From NCBI GenBank assembly GCA_049517415.1, contig JBEKSC010000011.1:15151-79150 (forward strand): a stretch of 64,000 nt of DNA, read 5' to 3'. Positions within the stretch are counted from its first letter, which is position 1, and every line of letters starts with the position of its first letter. A program made the translations under genes and the position numbers. A model generated the notes under the pieces. That model made no database searches, was not told where the DNA came from, and was given only the letters and a program-made list of their open reading frames with translations. Below, in pieces: positions 56,413 through 64,000 of this stretch. Source of the DNA: Candidatus Bathyarchaeia archaeon. Lineage in GTDB: Archaea; Thermoproteota; Bathyarchaeia; 40CM-2-53-6.

Positions 56413-58302
56413 ATGCGAAATATGCCAAAGATCATAGGAATTGACCTCGGAACCAGCAACTCAGCAGCTGCGGCAGTAATCGCTGGACGACCAACTATTA
56501 TCCCAAGCGCTGAAGGCACTTCGGTGGGCGGGAAGGCGTTTCCGTCATACGTGGCGTTCACCAAAGACGGGCAACTGCTCGTGGGAGAACCCGCCAGGCG
56601 ACAAGCTGTCTCGAACCCTGAGGGTACGGTTCAAGCAATCAAACGCAAGATGGGTACTGACTATAAGGTCAACATTTTCGGGAAAGAATACACTCCGCAG
56701 CAAATCTCCGCTTTCATCCTTCAGAAGATTAAGCGTGATGCGGAAGCTTTCTTGGGGGATAAGGTCGAGAAAGCTGTAATCACTGTCCCAGCATATTTCA
56801 ATGACAACCAACGCCAGGCCACAAAGGACGCTGGCGCGATTGCAGGCCTTGAGGTTGTTAGGATAATCAACGAACCAACTGCCGCATCGCTAGCCTATGG
56901 TCTTGACAGGGCCGAGAAGGAACTCAAGATAATGGTCTTTGACCTGGGAGGGGGAACCTTGGACGTTACGATGATGGAGGTGGGTCGGTCTGATTCCCAG
57001 GCAACGCCAGTCTTTGAGGTTCTATCAACTAACGGCGACACTCAGCTCGGCGGTACGGACATGGACAATGCACTCATAGACTACATAGCTGGAGACTTCA
57101 AAGCGAGCACCGGGATAGACCTGCGCAATGATAAGGTGGCTATTCAGAGAGTTCGCGAGGCGGCTGAAAAGGCGAAGATCGAATTATCAACCGTGCTGAC
57201 CACGGACATTAACTTACCATTTATTTCCGCAGACGCAGCGGGTCCAAAGCACCTTACGATGAATTTGACTCGGGGTAAGTTGGAAGAAATAGTGAGGCCA
57301 ACGATTGACCGTTGCCGCGGCCCCACGGAGAAGGCTGTTCAAGACGCCAAGCTCACCCCGAAGGACGTTGACAAAATCATTCTTGTTGGTGGGCCGACGC
57401 GTATGCCCATTGTTCGAAAATTCGTTCAGGAATACATGGGCAAAGAAGCGGAAAGCGGTGTCGACCCGATGGAATGCGTCGCCACGGGGGCATCAATACA
57501 GGCGGGCGTGATCGCGGGAGAAGTTCGCGACCTGTTGCTCCTCGATGTTACCCCTCTATCCCTTGGTGTTGAAACTCTCGGGGGCGTTTCCACTAAGATA
57601 ATTGATAGGAACACTACGATTCCAACGAGGAGAAGCCAAATCTTCTCGACCGCGGCCGACTTCCAGACTACGGTCACGGTGCATGTTCTTCAGGGAGAGA
57701 GGCCGATGTCAGCCGACAACGTTTCTCTAGGAATGTTCAACTTGACCGGCATTCCACCCGCACCGCGTGGAGTACCACAAATCGAAGTGACATTCGACAT
57801 AGATGCCAACGGCATACTGAACGTAACTGCAAAAGACTTGGCCACTAACAAAGAGCAGAAGATCACGATAACGGCTTCCACAAAACTCTCGAAAGACAAC
57901 ATTGAGAAGATGGTCAAACAAGCGGAGCAATTCGGGGCAGAAGACCAAAAACGTAAGGAAGAAGCAGAGGTTCGAAATTCAGCTGACAACCTCATCTACA
58001 GCGCAGAACGACTAACAAAGGAACTCGCGGGCAAGATATCAAAAGAACAATCTGAACAGGTCATGAGCCGCGTTTCGGAGCTTCGACAAGCTCTGGCGGG
58101 TAAAGATGTTGGGGCGATTAAGCAAAAGCTCGAAGCACTCCAGAAGGTCATGCAGGATGTTGGAACCGCTGCTTACCAGCAAGTGGCCCAGAAGCAAGCC
58201 GGACCAGGCGGACAAGCCGGCCCATCCGCATCAGGCCCGCAAAGTGAAAACCCTGCCCAACCGGTCGATGTAGATTACAAAGTCGTAGACGACAAGAAGT
58301 AG
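56413..58302 (+). CDS. dnaK: Chaperone DnaK
   Basis: [47 protein letters not shown]. Confidence 0.98.
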   Translation: MRNMPKIIGIDLGTSNSAAAAVIAGRPTIIPSAEGTSVGGKAFPSYVAFTKDGQLLVGEPARRQAVSNPEGTVQAIKRKMGTDYKVNIFGKEYTPQQISAFILQKIKRDAEAFLGDKVEKAVITVPAYFNDNQRQATKDAGAIAGLEVVRIINEPTAASLAYGLDRAEKELKIMVFDLGGGTLDVTMMEVGRSDSQATPVFEVLSTNGDTQLGGTDMDNALIDYIAGDFKASTGIDLRNDKVAIQRVREAAEKAKIELSTVLTTDINLPFISADAAGPKHLTMNLTRGKLEEIVRPTIDRCRGPTEKAVQDAKLTPKDVDKIILVGGPTRMPIVRKFVQEYMGKEAESGVDPMECVATGASIQAGVIAGEVRDLLLLDVTPLSLGVETLGGVSTKIIDRNTTIPTRRSQIFSTAADFQTTVTVHVLQGERPMSADNVSLGMFNLTGIPPAPRGVPQIEVTFDIDANGILNVTAKDLATNKEQKITITASTKLSKDNIEKMVKQAEQFGAEDQKRKEEAEVRNSADNLIYSAERLTKELAGKISKEQSEQVMSRVSELRQALAGKDVGAIKQKLEALQKVMQDVGTAAYQQVAQKQAGPGGQAGPSASGPQSENPAQPVDVDYKVVDDKK

Positions 58303-58326
58303 CAATGATACCGCGGCCGACCAATA

Positions 58327-59409
58327 TTGTCGAAACGTGACTACTACGATATACTTGGTGTGCCGCGCAATTCGAGCAAGGACCAAATCAAGAACGAATA
58401 CAGAAAACTTGCCCTGAAATACCACCCTGACCGAAACAAAGAGCCCGGCGCTGAAGACAAATTCAAAGAGATATCCGAGGCTTACGCCATCCTCTCGGAT
58501 GATGATAAGCGGGCACAATACGATAGCTATGGCCACGCGGGCATAGATTCACGGTACACCACGGAGGATATTTTCCGAGGAGTAAACTTCGACGAGGTAT
58601 TCAGAGACATCGGTTTCGGGTCCGGCGGATTCGAGTCAATCTTCGACATGTTCTTTGGCGGGCGCGAAGAGCGTCGCCCAACGAGGGGTGGCGACCTACG
58701 TTATGATCTCGAAATATCCTTGGAGCAAGCCTACTCTGGCCTCGCCACTGAAATAGAAGTCCCTAGACGAGAACGCTGCTCAGAATGTAACGGCACGGGT
58801 GCGAAGTCTGGGACTTCGCCAAAGAAGTGTTCGGAATGTGGAGGCACTGGCCAAATCCAACATGTCCAAACTCGGGGATTCATCCATTTCGCTCGAATTG
58901 AGCCCTGCCGTAAATGCCGTGGTAGAGGAACGATAATCGAGAAACCTTGCACTGTGTGCCGTGGGGTGGGAATCGTTGAACGCCACAGGCGAATCAACAT
59001 AAGGATTCCCCCTGGTGTCGATACTGGCTCTCAGTTAATCCTACGTGGCGAGGGGGACGCAGCTAATGGGGGCGGGCAGAGGGGGAACCTGTACGTCGTC
59101 GTTAACGTCAGGCCGCACGATGTGTTCAGAAGGGAGGGGAACGACCTTCTCTCCAATATCGAAGTGAATTTCTCCAAGGCTATCTTAGGCGGTGAGGTCG
59201 AAGTACCAACATTAGACGGGCCTGCGAAAATAGTGATGCCCCCCGGAACACAAACTGGAGCGGTTTTCCGCTTAAGACGAAAAGGAATGCCGAGCCTTCG
59301 CGAGAACGATAGAGGAGACGAACTTGTCGCAGTTCGCGTGAAGACTCCTTCGAAACTAACCTCAAAGCAACGCGAATTAGTCGAAGAGCTCTCGCGAGAG
59401 GGCCTCTGA
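58327..59409 (+). CDS. dnaJ: Chaperone DnaJ
   Basis: HPD J-domain, G/F region, four CxxCxGxG repeats. Confidence 0.97.
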   Translation: MSKRDYYDILGVPRNSSKDQIKNEYRKLALKYHPDRNKEPGAEDKFKEISEAYAILSDDDKRAQYDSYGHAGIDSRYTTEDIFRGVNFDEVFRDIGFGSGGFESIFDMFFGGREERRPTRGGDLRYDLEISLEQAYSGLATEIEVPRRERCSECNGTGAKSGTSPKKCSECGGTGQIQHVQTRGFIHFARIEPCRKCRGRGTIIEKPCTVCRGVGIVERHRRINIRIPPGVDTGSQLILRGEGDAANGGGQRGNLYVVVNVRPHDVFRREGNDLLSNIEVNFSKAILGGEVEVPTLDGPAKIVMPPGTQTGAVFRLRRKGMPSLRENDRGDELVAVRVKTPSKLTSKQRELVEELSREGL

Positions 59410-59421
59410 GCTCAGTTACGA

Positions 59422-60234
59422 TTAGAGTCTTCTAACGAGTGACAAGAGCTGCTCGTGCACTTTCGGTCCACCCGCTAATATTGAGCGCGTGAACTTCCTC
59501 CAGCTATTGCCCGATGAGTCTGTTACTCGGCCCCTCGCTTCCTCTAGGATTAGACAACCGGCAGCTGTTTCGTAAATCGGTGACCTTTGAAAAACCGTTA
59601 CGACTCCGTCGAACCTCCCGGAAGCTACGGAACACAAGTTTAACGCAACGCTTCCCGGAGACCGGAGCCTGCGCGTATAGTCATAGAGGCGCGCCTCGAA
59701 TCCCAACGGATTAGGGATCGAGGGTTCCCTATCCCACCATTCGAAAATGAGGGAGGAATTTCTCAACGATTTTGTGTTGGAAACATGTATTCGCTTACCA
59801 TTCAATTGCGAGCCTCTTCGTTGGCAACCGGTGTACATCTCATCCAAAACAGGGTTGTATATTGCGCCTGCCACTGGCTCTCCCTTTAGCAGCACGCCGA
59901 TTGACACTGCAAAGTATGGTATCCTCTTTGCGTAATTCAACGTCCCATCCAGTGGATCCAGCGCCCAAACGAGATCGCGCGAACCGTAGTTTATGATACC
60001 TGCTTCCTCAGAATTCACTGTTGATTTGATCCTGCTTCGTCTTATGTTTTGCAAAATGATTCTTTCGGATTCTGTGTCAGCATTGGTAACGATGCTACCG
60101 GGGTAATCATACTTCCGCGTAATGGAGAGTTTTTTCGAGCTTTGAAACAGTTTCAGGAGCTTCTTTCCCGCCTCCTCAGCGCTGGCGGCGGCTACCTGTA
60201 GCAAGTCTTCAGGGTCGGTGGTCATGTCATTCAA
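59422..60234 (-). CDS. Inositol monophosphatase family protein
   Basis: SEE, WALDPLDGTLNY, GSVAL. Confidence 0.9.
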   Translation of the reverse strand: MNDMTTDPEDLLQVAAASAEEAGKKLLKLFQSSKKLSITRKYDYPGSIVTNADTESERIILQNIRRSRIKSTVNSEEAGIINYGSRDLVWALDPLDGTLNYAKRIPYFAVSIGVLLKGEPVAGAIYNPVLDEMYTGCQRRGSQLNGKRIHVSNTKSLRNSSLIFEWWDREPSIPNPLGFEARLYDYTRRLRSPGSVALNLCSVASGRFDGVVTVFQRSPIYETAAGCLILEEARGRVTDSSGNSWRKFTRSILAGGPKVHEQLLSLVRRL

Positions 60235-60256
60235 CTCGCTGCGATCGAACCCTCGA

Positions 60257-60505
60257 CTACCCAGCCTGAAGGCCGTCGACCAACGCAGTCTGGCCCTTAC
60301 TGAGCCAGTTCTCCATAAATTCGGTTATTAAAAGCAGCAAGCCGATGATGAGCATGAGGGCTCCTACTGTTGCTAAAATTGGAACGCTTACGGAGGCCGC
60401 GTAGCGAGTCAGCAATGAGTCGATTGCGAGGCCAATGCAGGAGATTCCCAGCGCCATCAAGATTATTGCAACAACAGCGCGCGTTCGCAAATGGAATCTG
60501 GCCAA
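60257..60505 (-). CDS. Two-TM small membrane protein
   Basis: Two hydrophobic helices. Confidence 0.6.
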   Translation of the reverse strand: MARFHLRTRAVVAIILMALGISCIGLAIDSLLTRYAASVSVPILATVGALMLIIGLLLLITEFMENWLSKGQTALVDGLQAG

Positions 60506-60564
60506 GCTCGCAAGTGGAATGCTTTAAACTTCCCCTATTCCATGGACGCTTCCAGGCGGAGTAA

Positions 60565-61062
60565 ATGGATTGGTTTCCTGAATTTGTTCTCAAGTACCTG
60601 AACTTCACGGGAAAATGCTACCGGCACTGCGATAAACCTACGGCGATGACAGTTGTTTCACAGAATTCAACCAGCCTAGTTGGTGCTTACCTTTGCCCGG
60701 AAGGGTTTGTTTCACAAGTTGTATACTTTAGCACCCAACCTGACCGCGAATGGTTTGAGAATTCGCTCCGCGAGCAGGTCGGAGAAGAGAACGTGAATCA
60801 CAGAGATTTGCGAGTCGCTTCGCGCCACGGCTGGGAGCTTGGAGGAGATGCGCAAGAAATCCTTGATTCCAGGTTGGGGGAAGGCGCCGGCGTCACGGAA
60901 ATTTATTGGACTAGATATCCTAAAACTGAGGAGCAAAAGCAGCAGGCCGTTTCCCTTTGCGTGGGGGACGGATCAAAGGTTGGTTGTATGAAGTTGTTCA
61001 TGCATGATCGAAGCTCGACAGAGCGGCTCTGCCTGTCCTGTAGAGCGAAGTTCGGAAAATGA
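60565..61062 (+). CDS. Cys-rich hypothetical protein
   Basis: CYRHC...CP...C...C...CLSC; TATA-like box upstream. Confidence 0.65.
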   Translation: MDWFPEFVLKYLNFTGKCYRHCDKPTAMTVVSQNSTSLVGAYLCPEGFVSQVVYFSTQPDREWFENSLREQVGEENVNHRDLRVASRHGWELGGDAQEILDSRLGEGAGVTEIYWTRYPKTEEQKQQAVSLCVGDGSKVGCMKLFMHDRSSTERLCLSCRAKFGK

Positions 61063-61064
61063 AC

Positions 61065-61403
61065 CTACCCGGCCGACTTAAGCAAGCCTGCATAGTACTT
61101 ACTCGCAAAGAAATTGTCCCATTGAGCACTTGTGACCTGAACTCCTTCCGAGAACCCGGTGAAAACGTGCTGTATGCTCCCGTCGTCTTGCTCGATGAAT
61201 ACTTGGGGTATAAGGTAGTCCTCCGCACAGTCACCCTGTTCCTTTACCAGTATGTCCGCCTCCTTCGCTTGGTCAGGTGAGTCTATGTCTAGAACACGAA
61301 GCTCAAAGTTCAATTCCCTCGCCATCCGCTGCGTCGTCTCAAGGGACAGCGGAACGCAGTGTGGGCACCACTGGGCTAGAACAATCGTTATCATGCGCAA
61401 CAC
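61065..61403 (-). CDS. Thioredoxin/glutaredoxin-fold protein
   Basis: WCPHC active site; IPQ cis-Pro motif. Confidence 0.8.
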   Translation of the reverse strand: MLRMITIVLAQWCPHCVPLSLETTQRMARELNFELRVLDIDSPDQAKEADILVKEQGDCAEDYLIPQVFIEQDDGSIQHVFTGFSEGVQVTSAQWDNFFASKYYAGLLKSAG

Positions 61404-61478
61404 AAGCTACTCCACAAGGCGTTTACTACTCTTAGCTTTAATTCATTACGAAAGCCCCTCAAAAAACTAGGGATTCGC

Positions 61479-62135
61479 ATGCATTCTGGCAAGACGCTAA
61501 TCATGTCCGATTTCGACGAGACAATCGTCAACATCGACACCGCCGAATTTGCACTGGAGCGTTTTGCTGATCCAAGTTGGAAACGGATCGAAGAGAAATT
61601 TGAGAGCGGCAAGATTACTTTCGAAGAGTCTATACGAAATGAATTTGCCATGCTCAAGGTTAACGAACAGCAGATCCTGGAAGCGCTGGACAAAGTCGTA
61701 GTCTTCAGGCCAAATTTCGATAAGCTCGTCGAGTCTTGCAAGAAAAAGCGTTTGCCATTGACTATCGTGAGCGCCGGACTCGAGTTTTGTATACGGCATT
61801 TCCTAGGGCGGCAGGGCTGGTTGGAGTTTGTGGAAGTATATGCACCGAAAGCCACGTACACTCCCAACGGTTACGAACTGACCTTCCCTGAATTGTTGGG
61901 AACCGGGGCAATCAACTTCAAGGATGACCTAGTCAGGTATCGCAAAAAACAGGGCGACAGGGTGTTCTTCATAGGTGATGGAACAGGGGATTTCCCGGCT
62001 GCGAGAGCGGCTGATTTTCCATTCGCAATCAAGGGCTCTAGATTAGCAGCGGCATGTCGTAAGGGAAAGGTCACCCACAAGGAAATCAGCGACTTTCAAG
62101 AAGTTGTTGACGCAATCGACGAATTGAAGGGCTGA
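61479..62135 (+). CDS. MtnX-like HAD-IB phosphatase
   Basis: SDFDETI, VSAG, K, IGDGTGD. Confidence 0.85.
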   Translation: MHSGKTLIMSDFDETIVNIDTAEFALERFADPSWKRIEEKFESGKITFEESIRNEFAMLKVNEQQILEALDKVVVFRPNFDKLVESCKKKRLPLTIVSAGLEFCIRHFLGRQGWLEFVEVYAPKATYTPNGYELTFPELLGTGAINFKDDLVRYRKKQGDRVFFIGDGTGDFPAARAADFPFAIKGSRLAAACRKGKVTHKEISDFQEVVDAIDELKG

Positions 62136-62196
62136 GAACTCACTCAGACAAGTTTTATTTGGGCATCGAATACGGGTCTGTCCGGGGTTTTGTGTA

Positions 62197-63090
62197 TTGA
62201 TCGTAATTGGAGGTTCATCGGCCGAAACTCTAGCGTCGAAGGTTGCACAAGAACTCCATCTAAAATCAGGATCATTGGATCTCCGACGGTTCCCAGACGG
62301 GGAGAAGTATCTCCGAGTGCTCGATGATGTCAAGAACGAAAACGTCGCCGTCATTCAATCAATACATCACACGCCTGACGAATTACTTTTCGAATATCTA
62401 CTGCTCGTTGATACACTGAAAGATTTAGGAGCTAGCAAGGTTACCGCGTTCATACCATACTTCGCCTACGCTAGACAGGATGAACGCTTCAAACCTGGCG
62501 AAGCGCTAAGCTTCAGGACTGTCACAAAACTCATGGAAAGCGTCGGGACCGATGAGGTCTACACGATCGACATGCATCACCATCGCGTCCTGAAGTCTTC
62601 GGAGGTCTTCAAGATACCATCACATAATCTGTCTGCAATGCCTCTTCTCGCCGATTACGCTAAGAAAGCGGGGGAGGTACAGAAGCCTCTAGTGATTGGG
62701 CCGGACGCTGAGGCTGAGCAGTGGGCGAAAGTCGCCGCCGACAGGCTCGGGACTGACTACGATGTTTTCGAGAAAAAGCGGCTTGGAGATGACCACGTGG
62801 AAGTCCGCCCAAGGAGGTCGGACGCCAAGGGACGAGATGTGTTAATCGTTGATGACATAATCAGCACCGGAGGAACGATCGTAGAAGCTTCGAAAATACT
62901 TTTGTCACAAGGGGCGAATAAAGTCGCCGTTGCCTGCACTCACCCGATCCTAGCGCCCGGCGCACTTGAAAAAATACGACAGGCGGGAGTGGTTAGCGTC
63001 GTCGGGACCGACACCGTTCCTAGCCCAATCAGTCGTGTAAGCGTGGCCCCGTTGATTGCGAGTGAACTCAGAAAGGCAGGAATGAAGTGA
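62197..63090 (+). CDS. prs: Ribose-phosphate pyrophosphokinase
   Basis: FPDGE, PYFAYARQD, VDDIISTGGT, TH. Confidence 0.95.
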   Translation: MIVIGGSSAETLASKVAQELHLKSGSLDLRRFPDGEKYLRVLDDVKNENVAVIQSIHHTPDELLFEYLLLVDTLKDLGASKVTAFIPYFAYARQDERFKPGEALSFRTVTKLMESVGTDEVYTIDMHHHRVLKSSEVFKIPSHNLSAMPLLADYAKKAGEVQKPLVIGPDAEAEQWAKVAADRLGTDYDVFEKKRLGDDHVEVRPRRSDAKGRDVLIVDDIISTGGTIVEASKILLSQGANKVAVACTHPILAPGALEKIRQAGVVSVVGTDTVPSPISRVSVAPLIASELRKAGMK

Positions 63091-63896
63091 CAAGTTCCAA
63101 GAGAAACCTCTGGGTTACGTTCGACCTTTGGGGAACGCTCTTCATCGACCGCCCTGAGTTAGACGACGCTCGGAACGCAATGAGATGTGAAAGGATGTGC
63201 CGAATACTTTCGGAATCCGGCAATAGAGTTTCGGAAGAAGACGTGAAGGAGGGTTACGAGCAGACCGCTACCCAATTCCAAGCAATTTGGCGGAGCAACA
63301 AAGAACTCCATACAATGGAGCAAATTCGTCTAATCATGAATGCCGCACGCCTAAGCGACTTTGCCTTGGATTCTGGGACAGCTAGGAAACTTGAGAGTGC
63401 GTATGTTGACCCAATTTTTGATTCTCCTCCAGAGCTTAATGGCGATGCAATCAAAACTCTGCAGGGAATGCGCAACCAAGTTCGCGGAATCGGATTAATC
63501 AGCAACACGGGCCGAAGCCCGGGTACAGCCTTACGCGAACTGCTCAGGAAGTATGGCGTGTTGGGGTTCTTCGATTCAACGGTTTTCTCAGATGAAGTGG
63601 GTTCAAGGAAACCGGATCGCCAGATATTTGAGAAAGCAGTAGCCGCGCTTGGGACGGACCCAGCTAAGGTTGTCCACATTGGTGATGACCCCGAGGCGGA
63701 TGTTTGGGGTGCTAAGAACGCTGGCATGAAGGCTCTGCTGTACGACTATCCCATACCAGAAGGCTTCAAGAATCGGCCAAGCTCATTGTTCGCCCTGTCT
63801 AGGTTTGATAGGCGAGTTCCGGATTCTGAGATCAGACCGGATGGCAGGATTAGTTCGCTGAGAGAAGCCCTCGACTTTCTGGATGCCCAAGATTGA
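63087..63896 (+). CDS. HAD family hydrolase
   Basis: FDLWGTL, ISN, KP, HIGDD..AD. Confidence 0.9.
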   Translation: MTSSKRNLWVTFDLWGTLFIDRPELDDARNAMRCERMCRILSESGNRVSEEDVKEGYEQTATQFQAIWRSNKELHTMEQIRLIMNAARLSDFALDSGTARKLESAYVDPIFDSPPELNGDAIKTLQGMRNQVRGIGLISNTGRSPGTALRELLRKYGVLGFFDSTVFSDEVGSRKPDRQIFEKAVAALGTDPAKVVHIGDDPEADVWGAKNAGMKALLYDYPIPEGFKNRPSSLFALSRFDRRVPDSEIRPDGRISSLREALDFLDAQD

Positions 63897-63916
63897 TGCC
63901 AACGGGGGCCGTCTGT

Positions 63917-64000
63917 TCAGGCGAGGTATTTCAGTAGAGTTTCGCGGTTTGGACTTCCGCGTGTTTCGGTTCGTGTTGCCTTTAGGCTTCCTGCCACGTT
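63917..64000 (-). CDS. C-terminal end of probable PfkB-family carbohydrate kinase (partial)
   Basis: NVAGSLKATRTETRGSPNRETLLKYLA* resembles the PfkB C-terminal motif. Confidence 0.55.
   Translation of the reverse strand, partial: NVAGSLKATRTETRGSPNRETLLKYLA

Noticed and set aside
60245..60257. GTCGAGGGTTCGA (minus strand) matching the tRNA fragment at 790
   Set aside because: Only 12-13 bp with no acceptor end; plausible by chance

Overview
Archaeal chromosomal window: thermosome, GGAGGTGA-type RBSs, TATA boxes and a PEF-CTERM-like tail. A Bathyarchaeia/TACK-like affiliation is only an inference. Layout from left to right: HtrA-like protease (partial), tRNA 3' fragment, ZIP-like transporter, PadR-regulated ABC exporter and Rieske protein. 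Next is a ~12 kb co-oriented polyphosphate cluster (MgtA, PPK2, CYTH, PPK1, CHAD-metallophosphoesterase-HD, Ppx, polybasic-CHAD-SixA), then GTP-PEPCK with ACT and AsnC-type regulators. An ~11 kb accessory island (22.6-33.8 kb) is bracketed by two tRNA-Leu-like 3' ends and packed with microproteins, several missing from the ORF track: twin ribbon-helix-helix proteins with a shared 19-bp site, a Tyr/Gly peptide, a YYQPPTQ heptad protein, a basic peptide resembling the histone H3 tail, an acidic peptide, Zn ribbons, a BON protein and lmo0937. The rest holds Hsp20, site-2 protease, PMI/PGI, thermosome, hypF/C/C/D/E, asnA, soluble Lon, SNF2, grpE-dnaK-dnaJ, IMPase, thioredoxin-like, MtnX-like, prs, HAD and a partial PfkB. 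A ~70-85 bp dispersed repeat occurs four times. No CRISPR, rRNA, complete tRNA or intact integrase/transposase was seen. All calls are by-eye motif recognition; no searches were run.
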